Source of the DNA: a virus
Lineage: Duplodnaviria; Caudoviricetes
Virus record (IMG/VR): IMGVR_UViG_3300012953_000070
Location: 1-40,097 of that record
Length of the DNA stretch: 40,097 nt
Direction: 5' to 3' (one strand)
Part shown: positions 19,314 to 30,800 of the stretch, one piece after another
How the letters are laid out: each line of letters starts with the position of its first letter
How positions within the stretch are numbered: the stretch's first letter is position 1
Program-made: the position numbers and the translations under genes
Notes under the pieces: generated by a model
Database searches by the model: none
What the model was told of the DNA's origin: nothing
Seen by the model: the letters and a program-made list of their open reading frames with translations, nothing else

Positions 19314-22276
19314 TGTTATCAACAAAAAGTTTACTTAATAAACGATTATTAAAAAATCCTTTAAAAAAAGTATTCCCTTCTAAACAACAAGGAAATGATG
19401 GTGATTTACAATTAGCTCGAATAAGTGGTAAAGGTGAATTTTTATTAGGTAAAATAGATGGAAATTGGTTTTCAACTAAACTAACTTCAATTAAAGATAG
19501 TAGTGTTAATAAATCTAAAAAAATAAAAACAAGTAAACTTTATGGATTAGGAGGTTTAGCTTTAACATTAGTATCTGAATCCATTAGTACAAGCATTTAC
19601 GCAGGAAAAACAGCTACATCTAAGGCTAATAGTCAACCAATTTTAAAGATTGGAAATGGTAAAAATACAGGCATAGTATCATCTTTAGGCAATCAAGATT
19701 TATTATTAACAACTGGAAATTCTACTTCTTCATATTTAAATATAACAGATGGTTCAAATGGAAGTATAACTTCCGTATTAAATGGAAGCGGTAAGTTTGA
19801 TATTATTTTTAACTCATCTGATGCTGATGACCCAAGAGTAAGAATATTAAATGTTGGAAGTGGAGGCTCAAGTTTAGATTTGATAGTATCAACTTCTTCT
19901 TCAGATTCATACATATCTCATGGATATATAGCAGATGACCCAAGTAATAATAGATATTATGTATCTGGAATAGATAATTCAAATCCAAATAGTTATAATA
20001 TAAACTTTACATCTGGAAGTTCAGCAGGAGATTTAACTCCATCAAGTGGAACTAATTTAGTTAAAATTTCAAATGATGGAGATATGACTCTTCTTAAAGA
20101 TTTGTTTGTCACAGGAGATGCAACTGTTGATGGAGGAAGGCTTGATATTGATAAATCTTCTGGAGACCCTAAACTTGTATTCCAAATTGGAGGAACATCT
20201 AAATTTACTGTAGGTTTAGATGATTCTGATTCGGATAAATTTAAAATTAATTCAGGTTCTACAATGGCAGACCCAAGTGATTTAGAATTAGATTCAAGTG
20301 GTAATCTTAATATAGCTGGAACTTTTACTATAGGTACTATAAATACTGATACAGCAGGAGATAATTATTTAGTTGAAGTAAGTGGAGAAGTTAAAAAAAG
20401 AACTCCTGCAGAAGTATTATCTGATATAGGTGGTTCAAGCACTACAGGAACAGTAACATCAGTTGGCGCTACAGGCACAGTTAATGGATTAACATTAACA
20501 GGAACTGTAACTTCATCAGGTAATCTTACATTAGGTGGCACACTTGCTATTAATAATGGAGATTGGAGTGGTACAGATTTAGCAGTTGCAAATGGAGGAA
20601 CTGGAGCATCTAATAGCAATGCTTGGTTAAATAGTAGAATTACAACTAATGCAAATGGTAGTTTAAATTACGATGCTACAGGAGCTACAGCTGTTAATCA
20701 TAATAGTTTAACAGGTTATGATGCTGATGAGCATATAGATTGGACAAGTGCTAGTGCAGGAACTATAGACGCTTCTAATTATACAAACACAACTTACAGT
20801 GTAATGGCATCTGGTAATTCTTATGCAGCTGGATTAGTCGCAGCAGGAAGTGGAACTCATGGTAGCGAATTTCTTAGAAAAGATGGTACTTGGGTTGTTC
20901 CTACTAATACAACTTATTCTATAGGGGATGGAGGATTAACTACTAATGATTTTACTAATGATGACCATACAAAATTAAATGGTATTGCAGCAGGAGCTGA
21001 AGTAAATGTTCAAGCTGATTGGGATGAAGCAAGTAGTGGTAGTGATGCATTTATAGCTAATAAACCTACTATACCAGCAGCGGTTACTAATCATGTAACA
21101 AACAATGCTGATGATACTATGGCAGGAGCTTTAACTATTGATAAAAATTCTACAGCAACTACAAATAGCACAACAAGAGCATTATACTTAGATTATGACC
21201 ATACTGGAATTACTGCTTCAGGTCAATCAATTAATAATGTTGGCATGGATGTAAATGTTAATTGCAGTACTCCTACTCATGTTGGAAGCCATACTTCATA
21301 TGGAATAAAAGGAAGTGTAGCATCAAGCACAACAGGAACAGGTACTGCTTATGGTATGAGTATGGGTGTAACTGGTGCAGATACTAATATTGGAATTCTT
21401 ACAAATGTTACAGATGGAGGTATAGATTTTAAAGCAACAAGTACAGCTAATTTGTCTGACTATTTTACAATAGCAACAGGTACTAATGGAGCAACTACAT
21501 TAACAACTGTAGATGATGACGATGCTTTAGCTCATTTAACATTAGACCCTGATGGAGATTTACTTATATCAGGAGCAGATGTTATGATTGATGCAGGTAA
21601 AAAATTATACTTAGATGGAGATGGTCACACTTATTTTTTAGAAAATTCTGATGATGTTTTACATTTGTTTGTTGGTGGAACTCAAATATATAGTATTTCT
21701 GAATTAGGAGTAAATAGTTTTTTTGAAATGATGGCTGGTGGTGGAATGAGTATACCATTTCAAGCTCCATTGTATTTAGATGGTGGAGCAAACACTTATA
21801 TAAAATCAAACACAGCTGACCAAATATCTTTACATTGCGGAGCAGCTACTGTTTTTACAATAGCAGAAGACGGAGCTACTAATGGTGATTACGCAAGCTT
21901 TGGGACAACTGGAGCAGGTTTTACTCAATTTGAGCCTACTTATAATGCTACTGATACTTATGTATATTTTAATAGAAATGGCAATAAAGCTCACTTAACA
22001 TTTGGAGCAGCAAGTACAGCTATAACAGATATACATATGCACTTTCCTCCTGTTTCTGGTAATTTTCAATTACTTATAAAACAACATGGTAGTGGTGGTG
22101 GCTCTGTTTCTAATTGGAAAACATTTGATAAAGCTGGTAGTAATGAATCTACAGTTGTATGGCCTGCAGCTACTGCTCCTACATTAACAACAGGTGCTAA
22201 TAAAATAGATATAATATCTGTATACTGGGATGCAGATAATAATAAAGCTTATGGTGTAGCGAGTCTTAATTTCTAA
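19313..22276 (+). CDS. Tail fibre protein
   Basis: G/T/S-rich. GTVTSV, LAVANGGTGA, EFLRKDGTW and KLNGIAAGAEVNVQADW fibre motifs, C-terminal WP..TAPTLT...DIIS module. Confidence 0.8.
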   Translation: MLSTKSLLNKRLLKNPLKKVFPSKQQGNDGDLQLARISGKGEFLLGKIDGNWFSTKLTSIKDSSVNKSKKIKTSKLYGLGGLALTLVSESISTSIYAGKTATSKANSQPILKIGNGKNTGIVSSLGNQDLLLTTGNSTSSYLNITDGSNGSITSVLNGSGKFDIIFNSSDADDPRVRILNVGSGGSSLDLIVSTSSSDSYISHGYIADDPSNNRYYVSGIDNSNPNSYNINFTSGSSAGDLTPSSGTNLVKISNDGDMTLLKDLFVTGDATVDGGRLDIDKSSGDPKLVFQIGGTSKFTVGLDDSDSDKFKINSGSTMADPSDLELDSSGNLNIAGTFTIGTINTDTAGDNYLVEVSGEVKKRTPAEVLSDIGGSSTTGTVTSVGATGTVNGLTLTGTVTSSGNLTLGGTLAINNGDWSGTDLAVANGGTGASNSNAWLNSRITTNANGSLNYDATGATAVNHNSLTGYDADEHIDWTSASAGTIDASNYTNTTYSVMASGNSYAAGLVAAGSGTHGSEFLRKDGTWVVPTNTTYSIGDGGLTTNDFTNDDHTKLNGIAAGAEVNVQADWDEASSGSDAFIANKPTIPAAVTNHVTNNADDTMAGALTIDKNSTATTNSTTRALYLDYDHTGITASGQSINNVGMDVNVNCSTPTHVGSHTSYGIKGSVASSTTGTGTAYGMSMGVTGADTNIGILTNVTDGGIDFKATSTANLSDYFTIATGTNGATTLTTVDDDDALAHLTLDPDGDLLISGADVMIDAGKKLYLDGDGHTYFLENSDDVLHLFVGGTQIYSISELGVNSFFEMMAGGGMSIPFQAPLYLDGGANTYIKSNTADQISLHCGAATVFTIAEDGATNGDYASFGTTGAGFTQFEPTYNATDTYVYFNRNGNKAHLTFGAASTAITDIHMHFPPVSGNFQLLIKQHGSGGGSVSNWKTFDKAGSNESTVVWPAATAPTLTTGANKIDIISVYWDADNNKAYGVASLNF

Positions 22277-24390
22277 TGAACAAAGCAATTAACAGAACAA
22301 CAGTTCAAGTAGAAGATAATAAATATCGCATATACCCTAAAAATGCTCCATTATTTTACAAAGATTCTGCAGGTAATTTAGAGAATATAGATTTAAAATT
22401 TAATGATGCGACATCTTCTATTGGCGATATATCTTTAATGAACAAAGGCGTTGTTAGTGTAGGAAAACGAAAAGGCAATAATCCTACAAAAGTTGTAGGT
22501 ATTAGACCAGATAACACACAAAACGGAGATAAGCAATTAGAGTTTAGTTTAAATAGTGTTAAAATAAATGGGGAATCGCAAGAATTTAATGTAGAAACAG
22601 ATTTAGAAATAGTTTTAAGATTATCTAAAGTTTTGCAATTAGTAAAACTAAATAAACAATTTAGTCAATGTGAAATAGAGTTTACATTAGATTTAAAAGG
22701 AATGAGTATTTTAAATGAAAAACATACAAGTGAATCTAAAATACAAGAATATGGCTTTAATTTGACTAATATAGGCGATAATATTGGAAGCGATACGTTA
22801 GGTATGTATAATGGTTATAATAGCTTAAATAAGGATATTCCATATTTAGATTTTTATGTTGGAAAAATAACAGATGAATACATAACAACAGGCCAATATA
22901 CAAATGAAGAAGAATTTGGCGATAGTGATTTAAGTAAATACACTTTAGAGCAAATGTATTTAGGTGGTAGTAGTGTTTATTTTAAAGATTGCGTAATATT
23001 AGCTTGTAAGCCTTACAATATAGATAATTATGAAAATACAGTTGTTAATAATCTTTCTGATTTATATGGATTAGAAATATTAAACGATGGAGGTGCTGGT
23101 GTTTATTTTACAAAAGATAATAAAAAAGTGGGAGGATACTATTCAAATGATAATACGTTTTTTGCATTTTTTAATACTAAACCTATACCTGATGAGATTA
23201 AAACATTATTTAAAAGAAAAAACTTTGAAGACACCTCGTTTTTAGATATAACTGTAGCAGAGCTTGAATCAGGAATTAATAGCAGATTTAACAAAAATTT
23301 AAACATTAATGTAGATAATACTTATTTTAAACAAGACGTTAATGGAACTTTTAAAATTCAAGTTAGTGAAGAATGTTTTTTTATTCATAAGCCAATAGCA
23401 TTTAATGAAAGTTATTTGCCAATTCCTTATGAAACTGAACATACTTTAAAAGATAACGGAAATAATTCTTATACCTATACAAAGTATATAGCTGTAAATA
23501 ATTCTTTAGATATTAACAATGCTAAATATTTAGATACTGCTTTATATGTTTCTGAAGCAGAAGATAATGGTATTGTAGCAGTTGCAGCATTTAGTATGGC
23601 TAGTATGAATGGTAGAAATAATTCTGGAGGTGGTGCAGTAATAACAGATGCAGATTTTAATACTGACAGACCTGTGCCTCTTTTAAAGGTAGATGGTACA
23701 ACTATTTCAACAGGGGTAGATGCTATGCAAGTTATAGCAGGTAATAATAACAATACTACATCATCTACAAGCCAAGGAGGTGGAACAACTTTTACATTTA
23801 GACAAAGAGGTATTCAATCACATTATGTTTTTGATTCATCTGGAGTATCTTCAGCATCTGCATTATCTTGGAAACAATTAGGTGGATATACTCACGCTAT
23901 TAACACTTTGGAAACATATGGAGAACAATTTACAAGCATTAATATTATACTTTTAAAGTCAAATACTGAAGGTGGAAACAGTGGTACTAATTGGAATGAT
24001 TTTGAGGGATGGTACGCTTCTACTACTGACCCTTGGGATGAAGATGATGTTACAGAATACAGTAGTGCTTACAATGTTGCATCACCTTATACACATGGTC
24101 TAATGACTAATAATCCAAGTGGAAGTTCAACAACACATACTATAACAATGAACTCTGATGCTATTTCTAATATTAATTCTGATGATACTTTTAAATTTGC
24201 AATAATAGAATATGATAGATATTATTTGAATGATACTACTGCTCGTGATGGTTATGAGGGTGTTGATTATTTTATGGGAGCGCAAATAGATAACACAAAT
24301 GTTTCTTATAGACCATATTTAGATGTAACAACAGGAACAACACCTGCAACGCCAACAGATAACGCAACATTCTTTGGGACTAATTTCTAG
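22276..24390 (+). CDS. Hypothetical virion-associated protein (possible second receptor-binding protein)
   Basis: 704 aa, TAATG-coupled to the fibre gene, with a T/S/G-rich C-terminal third ending RPYLDVT. Confidence 0.55.
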   Translation: MNKAINRTTVQVEDNKYRIYPKNAPLFYKDSAGNLENIDLKFNDATSSIGDISLMNKGVVSVGKRKGNNPTKVVGIRPDNTQNGDKQLEFSLNSVKINGESQEFNVETDLEIVLRLSKVLQLVKLNKQFSQCEIEFTLDLKGMSILNEKHTSESKIQEYGFNLTNIGDNIGSDTLGMYNGYNSLNKDIPYLDFYVGKITDEYITTGQYTNEEEFGDSDLSKYTLEQMYLGGSSVYFKDCVILACKPYNIDNYENTVVNNLSDLYGLEILNDGGAGVYFTKDNKKVGGYYSNDNTFFAFFNTKPIPDEIKTLFKRKNFEDTSFLDITVAELESGINSRFNKNLNINVDNTYFKQDVNGTFKIQVSEECFFIHKPIAFNESYLPIPYETEHTLKDNGNNSYTYTKYIAVNNSLDINNAKYLDTALYVSEAEDNGIVAVAAFSMASMNGRNNSGGGAVITDADFNTDRPVPLLKVDGTTISTGVDAMQVIAGNNNNTTSSTSQGGGTTFTFRQRGIQSHYVFDSSGVSSASALSWKQLGGYTHAINTLETYGEQFTSINIILLKSNTEGGNSGTNWNDFEGWYASTTDPWDEDDVTEYSSAYNVASPYTHGLMTNNPSGSSTTHTITMNSDAISNINSDDTFKFAIIEYDRYYLNDTTARDGYEGVDYFMGAQIDNTNVSYRPYLDVTTGTTPATPTDNATFFGTNF

Positions 24391-24393
24391 GAT

Positions 24394-24422
24394 TTGTATA
24401 TGAAGGAAAAATGTAATATATT
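24394..24422 (+). promoter_or_regulatory. Candidate sigma70-like promoter for the ejection-protein genes
   Basis: TTGTAT (24394-24399), 17 nt, TATATT (24417-24422), followed by an AAGGAG SD. Confidence 0.45.
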
Positions 24423-24456
24423 TAAAAGTAAAATTTTAGCAAAAAAGGAGAACTAA

Positions 24457-25437
24457 ATGTCAGTTTTTAATCCATATCAAGATTCTCAACCTCAAGTGCA
24501 GCAATATGGAGATATGAAGGGAATTTTAAATAAAATCAAAGAAAGTATACAGACAGATAAAAGATTTAAAGGTCAACATATTAAAGCTATTAATGAAGAT
24601 ATTGAAGCAATACTTAATGATATGAGGAAAAAGAAAAAGAAAAAAGGTGTTATAGGCGGTCTTTTAAGTTTAGGCTCTATGTTTATACCTGGATTAGGAA
24701 CACTTGGAAAAAGTTTAATTTCTGGGCTTATTTCTGGTGTTACCTCTAAAGATACACTTAAAATGTTAAAAGATAAAAAAGGAAAAATTCAAGATTTAAT
24801 GAGTGGAACATTTATGGATAAAACATTAAGAGATGTTGAATCAGGAATTGAGTCTGATATGGAATCTTACGACCCTGTTAGAGCTGCAATTGAGTCAGCG
24901 GCACTTACTGCAATAATGTCTAGTGCTGGAGGAAAAGGAGAAAAAGCAGCAGAAGGAACAAAAGAAATTCCAGAAATAGATTTCGGAGAATCTTTAGAAA
25001 AATCTTATGGTGGTGGAGGTGGTGGTGTAGGATTTTCTGCGCCTAAAGATTCACTTAAACCAACTATGGTTACAGGCACAGACGGTTTTAGCTCTTTTGA
25101 TATGGCTATCCCTAAAAACTTACAATCACCTGACTTTATATCAAATTTATCAAAAAGTGAAATTCCAACTTCTAATGTAAGTGTCGCATCTAAAACACCA
25201 TTTTTTCAAAAAATAGGATTTACTGACCCTAATGCGCCAACAGCAGCAGATACATGGCAAAAAGCAATGTCTCCATTTAAACAAGATAATTGGAAACAAG
25301 GAATGAGTAAAGCTGGAGCAAATTGGACTCCATTTTTATCATCTTATGTAAGCGGCGCTATGCCATCGTTTGGTATGAATCCTGTAAGCGATAATCTTGC
25401 AATGCTAATGCAATTAATGAAGAAAGGAAATAAATAA
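24457..25437 (+). CDS. Putative internal virion (ejection) protein
   Basis: Poly-Lys followed by a Gly-rich hydrophobic helix (GVIGGLLSLGSMFIPGLG). Position after the tail genes. Confidence 0.55.
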   Translation: MSVFNPYQDSQPQVQQYGDMKGILNKIKESIQTDKRFKGQHIKAINEDIEAILNDMRKKKKKKGVIGGLLSLGSMFIPGLGTLGKSLISGLISGVTSKDTLKMLKDKKGKIQDLMSGTFMDKTLRDVESGIESDMESYDPVRAAIESAALTAIMSSAGGKGEKAAEGTKEIPEIDFGESLEKSYGGGGGGVGFSAPKDSLKPTMVTGTDGFSSFDMAIPKNLQSPDFISNLSKSEIPTSNVSVASKTPFFQKIGFTDPNAPTAADTWQKAMSPFKQDNWKQGMSKAGANWTPFLSSYVSGAMPSFGMNPVSDNLAMLMQLMKKGNK

Positions 25438-26015
25438 TGACATATCAAGAATTAATAGCTCAATTAGGGCAATCAAGCGGAAGTGGAAATTTGTATGATG
25501 AGTTAGATAGCTATGGAGGTACTTATCCTAATTTTTGGGAAAATAATGAAGATACACAAGGAGCTTATGCTGCCAATATGTTTAATTTATTAGGAGGTTC
25601 TTCAGAAAGCGATGGATATTCTCCTGGAGACCAAGAATTTGGAACTAATCCTGGCGGAATGCTTCCTCCAAGCGGAATAGATTCTTGGGCAGATATGTTT
25701 CAAATGTTAAATCCTGTTACAGGAAAACAATTACTAGGAGCTAAATATAATGCAATGAGACCACAAATAGCAAAAGGGATGAGTTCTTTACAAACAGAAT
25801 TATTAAATAACTTATCTAAAGTTAGGACAGGTGGATTTGAATCTTCTGGTTTTGCTGATAAACAAAGAGCACAAGCAAGGGATATTTATGGCAAAAAAGC
25901 TTCAGATATATTGGTATCTGAGGGAACAAAAAGACAAGATTATATGTCAGGTTTAATTGACCAAGTAATGGCAGATAGAGATTTAATGTCATCTTGGATT
26001 GATTACGAAGGATAA
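25437..26015 (+). CDS. Putative internal virion protein
   Basis: 192 aa, G/Q/S-rich, TAATG-coupled. Confidence 0.5.
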   Translation: MTYQELIAQLGQSSGSGNLYDELDSYGGTYPNFWENNEDTQGAYAANMFNLLGGSSESDGYSPGDQEFGTNPGGMLPPSGIDSWADMFQMLNPVTGKQLLGAKYNAMRPQIAKGMSSLQTELLNNLSKVRTGGFESSGFADKQRAQARDIYGKKASDILVSEGTKRQDYMSGLIDQVMADRDLMSSWIDYEG

Positions 26016-26034
26016 ATTTAAATAAGGAATTATT

Positions 26035-27849
26035 ATGGCAAATGATGCTGGTATAGGCGCAATTAGTAGTATATTACAATTAGTAAATGCTCAAAATCAA
26101 CAAACTCAAGCACAAGATACTAGGCTTCAATCAGCTGTATTTTCTGATTTTGAAAAAGATATAGATATAACTTTTGATAATTCAAGAATTGATACAGTTG
26201 TTTCAAGGATGGAAAACTATTACAATCAAAATTTTAATAATATGTCACCGACTATGATTGAAACATATGAGCATTTATTAGAAAAATCTAAATTTCAAAA
26301 AGAAGATAATAGTAAATTTAATGTTTTGTATTCTCAAATAGATGGTCAAACACAAAATATGATGAATCTTTTAAATTCTTACAATGAGGCTGATGAATCA
26401 TTAAAACCTAATATTGCAAAAAAAATGGAATCAAATATTGTTGAGTTTGTTAAATCAAAAAACTCTATATTTAGAAAATTTGGCTCAAGGTTAACAAAAC
26501 CTGAATATGCTCCTGAGCTTACACAATTATCTTCTCTTGATGATATATTTAGATTTGGTATAAAATCTGCAACAGATGATAATTATTTTTCACCTGAAGA
26601 ATACAATGTGTTTTCTAATGCTGTATTAGAAGGTGATATGAGCTTTGTTGATGATTACGTTACTAAGGAAACTAAATACAAACAAGGTGTAGCAAGTACA
26701 TTTTTAAATAGAGGTTTGAAAAAAATTGAAGATATAAATACACTTGCAAAACTTCCAAATCTTATTAAGCAAGCTGTTAATGTAAGTCAAAATCAAACAG
26801 ATACATGGGAAGATATTAAAAATCAAATTATTTATTCTTACGAATCAGGAGGAACAAAAACAGATGTAACTTGGAATGATTTACTTGCAAGCCCTAAAAT
26901 ACAATCTTTAGCTTTAAATGATGAAGAACAAATAGCAGCATTGTCTGAATCTCTTAATAAAGACAATTTTCAATATAATAAAATAACAGGTAATAATATA
27001 CAAGATTTTGCCACTATTGATTGGGATATGCCTAATGTAGCTAATGTTGAACCTCCTGTTGGTACAATTACAGGTATAAATCTTGGAAATCAAAATAACA
27101 CTATATTAGATGGCACAATAAATCAAAATGTTGTAGAAACTCCAACAATATCTCTTGGTGATAATGAAGATATATATGGAACAACTGAAGCAAGTGAAGA
27201 AGATTTAATGCCAAAAGCATCAAAAGAGGCAACAGAAGAAGATAAGATTAAATTTGAATATAATAATTATAGGAATAATATTGAACAACAAGGTGGAAAA
27301 GTTGATTTAAATTATGATGAATTTAAAGAAGTTTATTTAAAATCAGGTCAAGCTAAAGAAGAAGAAACACCAAAAATTAAAAAAACACCTGATGAATATG
27401 CTGGTTATGGCCTCGAAATGGGAGAAGAAGTTACAAAATCTCAAGAAAAAGCTTATATTAATAAGCATAATCTTCAATCGTCAGTGATTAAAAATTTAAT
27501 AAATGAAGATGGTTCAAGGCTTTCATTTGAGCAATTATCTAATATGAAACCAGGTGAAATAGAGTCTAATTTTAGAAAAGTAATAAATTCAAAGATGTAT
27601 CATACATTTAAAGGCACTGGAGCTACTAAAGGTTGGATGAATTCAACATTAAATACAATGATTTTAAATATATCTAATTATAAGAAAGGTAAAAACAAAG
27701 CTACTTCTACTGAAAGTCATATAATGAAAATTTACAATCGGCTTATGAATAATTTTATGCAAAATGTTCAAAGTTTAACAAGAGTAGGGAAAACAATTAA
27801 TACTAGAGGCGAATTTTTTTCTAATTCAAAAAAAGCAATTAAAAAATAA
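26035..27849 (+). CDS. Putative internal virion protein
   Basis: 604 aa, helical N-half, acidic low-complexity middle, basic C-terminus. Confidence 0.5.
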   Translation: MANDAGIGAISSILQLVNAQNQQTQAQDTRLQSAVFSDFEKDIDITFDNSRIDTVVSRMENYYNQNFNNMSPTMIETYEHLLEKSKFQKEDNSKFNVLYSQIDGQTQNMMNLLNSYNEADESLKPNIAKKMESNIVEFVKSKNSIFRKFGSRLTKPEYAPELTQLSSLDDIFRFGIKSATDDNYFSPEEYNVFSNAVLEGDMSFVDDYVTKETKYKQGVASTFLNRGLKKIEDINTLAKLPNLIKQAVNVSQNQTDTWEDIKNQIIYSYESGGTKTDVTWNDLLASPKIQSLALNDEEQIAALSESLNKDNFQYNKITGNNIQDFATIDWDMPNVANVEPPVGTITGINLGNQNNTILDGTINQNVVETPTISLGDNEDIYGTTEASEEDLMPKASKEATEEDKIKFEYNNYRNNIEQQGGKVDLNYDEFKEVYLKSGQAKEEETPKIKKTPDEYAGYGLEMGEEVTKSQEKAYINKHNLQSSVIKNLINEDGSRLSFEQLSNMKPGEIESNFRKVINSKMYHTFKGTGATKGWMNSTLNTMILNISNYKKGKNKATSTESHIMKIYNRLMNNFMQNVQSLTRVGKTINTRGEFFSNSKKAIKK

Positions 27850-30800
27850 ATGGCTACAATTCAAGATTACTTAGCTAAAAAAAGGCAAGAACAACCATAT
27901 TATCAACGCTATAGTGATGTTACGCTGTATAATATATTAAAAGGTTCTGATAAATCACTTCCAAATTGGCAAGCACTCGATAACATTGCAACCCAAGCAG
28001 AGCAATCAAAAAAATTCTACGAAAAAACGCATAAACCAAGTTTTGTAAATTCCCTATATGATTGGACAGATTATGGAATCGATGACATGGATTACAATTG
28101 GGTAAAAAGAGCCTATAATGAGTCTATTACAGGCTTATCTTATCAACTAGTAAATGGTAATCAAAGATTTGCTGTTGATGATAAATGGGAACCAGGAGTC
28201 CTTGAAGATATTGGTTCTGCTGTGCTTGGATTTATGATGCCTCTTGATTTAGCATCAATGTGGGTAGGCGGATGGGCAGGTAAAGCAGGATTAGCAGGAA
28301 TATCATCAACTAAATCAGTTCAAAACACAGCTGTTAAAAAGTTAATGGAAAAAGGATTTTCAAAAGAATTAGCTGAAGGCACAGTTAAAAATGCAGCAAA
28401 CGCAATATCAAGAGATAAAGTTAGTGGAGCTTTAGCAAAAGGTGGTCTTGCAGCAAAAGTTGCTGGAAAATCCAAAGTTGGTCAACTTGCTCACCCTATA
28501 TTAAGTGGAGGTGTTATACAAGGAGCAACACTTGCAACATTTGAGGGAGCAAGAGGTGGTCTTCAAGCCTCTATTAATGGTGAAGATATTTGGAGTGGAA
28601 TTGGACATGGAGTAGCTCATGGTGGTCTTATGGGTGGTTTAGCTGGAATGGTTGGAGCTTCTCTTAATATTGCTAATTCATCATTATATGCAAAATCATT
28701 AGAAAGAACTCTGACTACAAGTGAAAAAGTTGCAAAAGCTTCAACAGGAGCAGTTGGTCAAGTTGTTGCAGAGTCTACAGCATTTTCAGCTCCTGATGCG
28801 GTTAAAGTAATAACTGATGATACTTTTACATCCAAAGATTTTATTAGAAATTTTGCAGTTAATGCAGGTATGATGGGAATCCTTAAAGCTAAGAAAAAAG
28901 TATTAGAAAAATCTTTTAAAACAGTTAATGAATATGTAGAAGAATATAATGCCCAAGAAGGTGCTACATATGAAAAAATGCAAGGGGCTGGAAAAGAAGT
29001 TCTTAATAATATGAGAGAAGGAGCAAGTGAATCGAGTTCTCTTAAAAATATTAAAGCAATGGAAAAAGTTGGAGATAAATACCTCGCTGAAGCATTAAAA
29101 GGTAAAACGATTGAAATTAAAGATAAAGATGGTAATATTAAAGAAGTTGAATTTACTGTCGAAATGTACAGAGATTTAGTTAAGCGGCAAGATGGACTTT
29201 TAAAAGATATTCAATTACTTGAAAAAGGAGAGCTTGATATTGGTAAAATATCAGCTGATAAATATATTGATTATATAAGATTGTTGCATGAAGTTAAAAG
29301 TGGTTTAGAAAATAAAATTAAACGTCATAAAAACGATGTTGATTTAAAGAAAGGTAAAATTGACGAACTTACAAAACTTTTAGATGTATTTGAGCAAGAT
29401 ATTTTTGAGCCATTAAGAAATTTCAAAAGAGGTCAAAAACCAAAACCAATGCCATCATCAACAAAGAAGTTTTATGAAAATAAACTTATAGATGCTGTTT
29501 CTCAATTATCAAAAGCTAAAAACAAGATTCAAATTAAACAATTGATAGAAGGCAATGAATCTGCTATAACAATTGAAAAAGGGAAAATTACAAATATAGA
29601 TAAAGATGCAATCAATCATAGCATATTAAAAGAAAATATAGATGTATATGAAAAATCAAGACCAAAAGATAAAATTATTAGTGATGTTAAAGGAGATAGA
29701 AGAAATCTTGATGATACATCTATATCGGTAGAAGATAAATTAAATTATAGAATATCGGATAAAAAAGGAGAAACAGATACAAGAATATCATCTAAAGATA
29801 GAATAAGAGAATTAGAGCAGAAATTATCTGAATTTGGAAAAGATGAAATATCAACAGAGAAAGACGCAATAGCAAGAGAGCTTATGCTATTAAAAGAAGG
29901 TCAAGCTGCTCAATCTGAAAATCCTTTCACAGGAGAAAAAGGAAGGAAATACGAGCTTAATAAACCTATATTTGCATATTTTGCAGAAAAATTAAACACA
30001 GAATTAAAAGGATTAGGCAAGAATCCTCTCCAAGATATTCCTGCTAAAAAAAGATTTAAAGATATTGTAAAATTTTCAAAATGGCTCGCAGATAAACATA
30101 ATAAAAGTCTTTATGAATTAACAGACAAAGAAATTGCAAATTATTTTCAAAGTGGGGTTGGTAAAAAAAGCCATAAATCCTTTTTATCTAAACTAATAAA
30201 AGATTTAGATAACAAATTAGCAATTACTAAAAGAGGAGCTATTACATACAAAGAACCAGTTCAATTAGAGGCTTTAGTCCCATCTGTCGTTGGAACAGCT
30301 CAACCAAACCCAAGGAGAGGATTCAGAACTTCATTTCAAAAAGGAATAGAAAAAGTATGGAAAATTGGAGAAAATTTTGTCGAATACATTGTTCCTAAAA
30401 CTCAAAAAAAAGTTAAAAAATATATAACTCCAGAAGTAAGCAGAAAGCTAAATAAATTACATAAAAACACAGATGGAGAAGCTGGTCATAATCAATTTAT
30501 GTTTAGAGATGTTTTAAATCATGCAATAACATCAGAAAGATTAAGACCTATTGTACAGTGGGTTTTTGGAGCAAAAGAAATACCAAAAAAAGGATTTGGG
30601 GAACAAAGAGCATTTAGATATTCTTTCATGCAATGGGCTGTTGGAAAATATGGAATAGGAAGTGAAGCATCACAGGTACTTAAACTTGTTCTTAAAGATA
30701 AGCCACCAACAGAATCTGACCTTAGAGCCATATATGGAGAAAAACAATACACTTATGTATCTGATTCAAAAAGATGGGTTAAAGAATATCTTTCTGATAT

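Noticed and set aside
6570-24390. Diversity-generating retroelement or invertible fibre cassette
   Set aside because: No reverse transcriptase or serine invertase gene, and no near-identical nucleotide repeat pair noticed.
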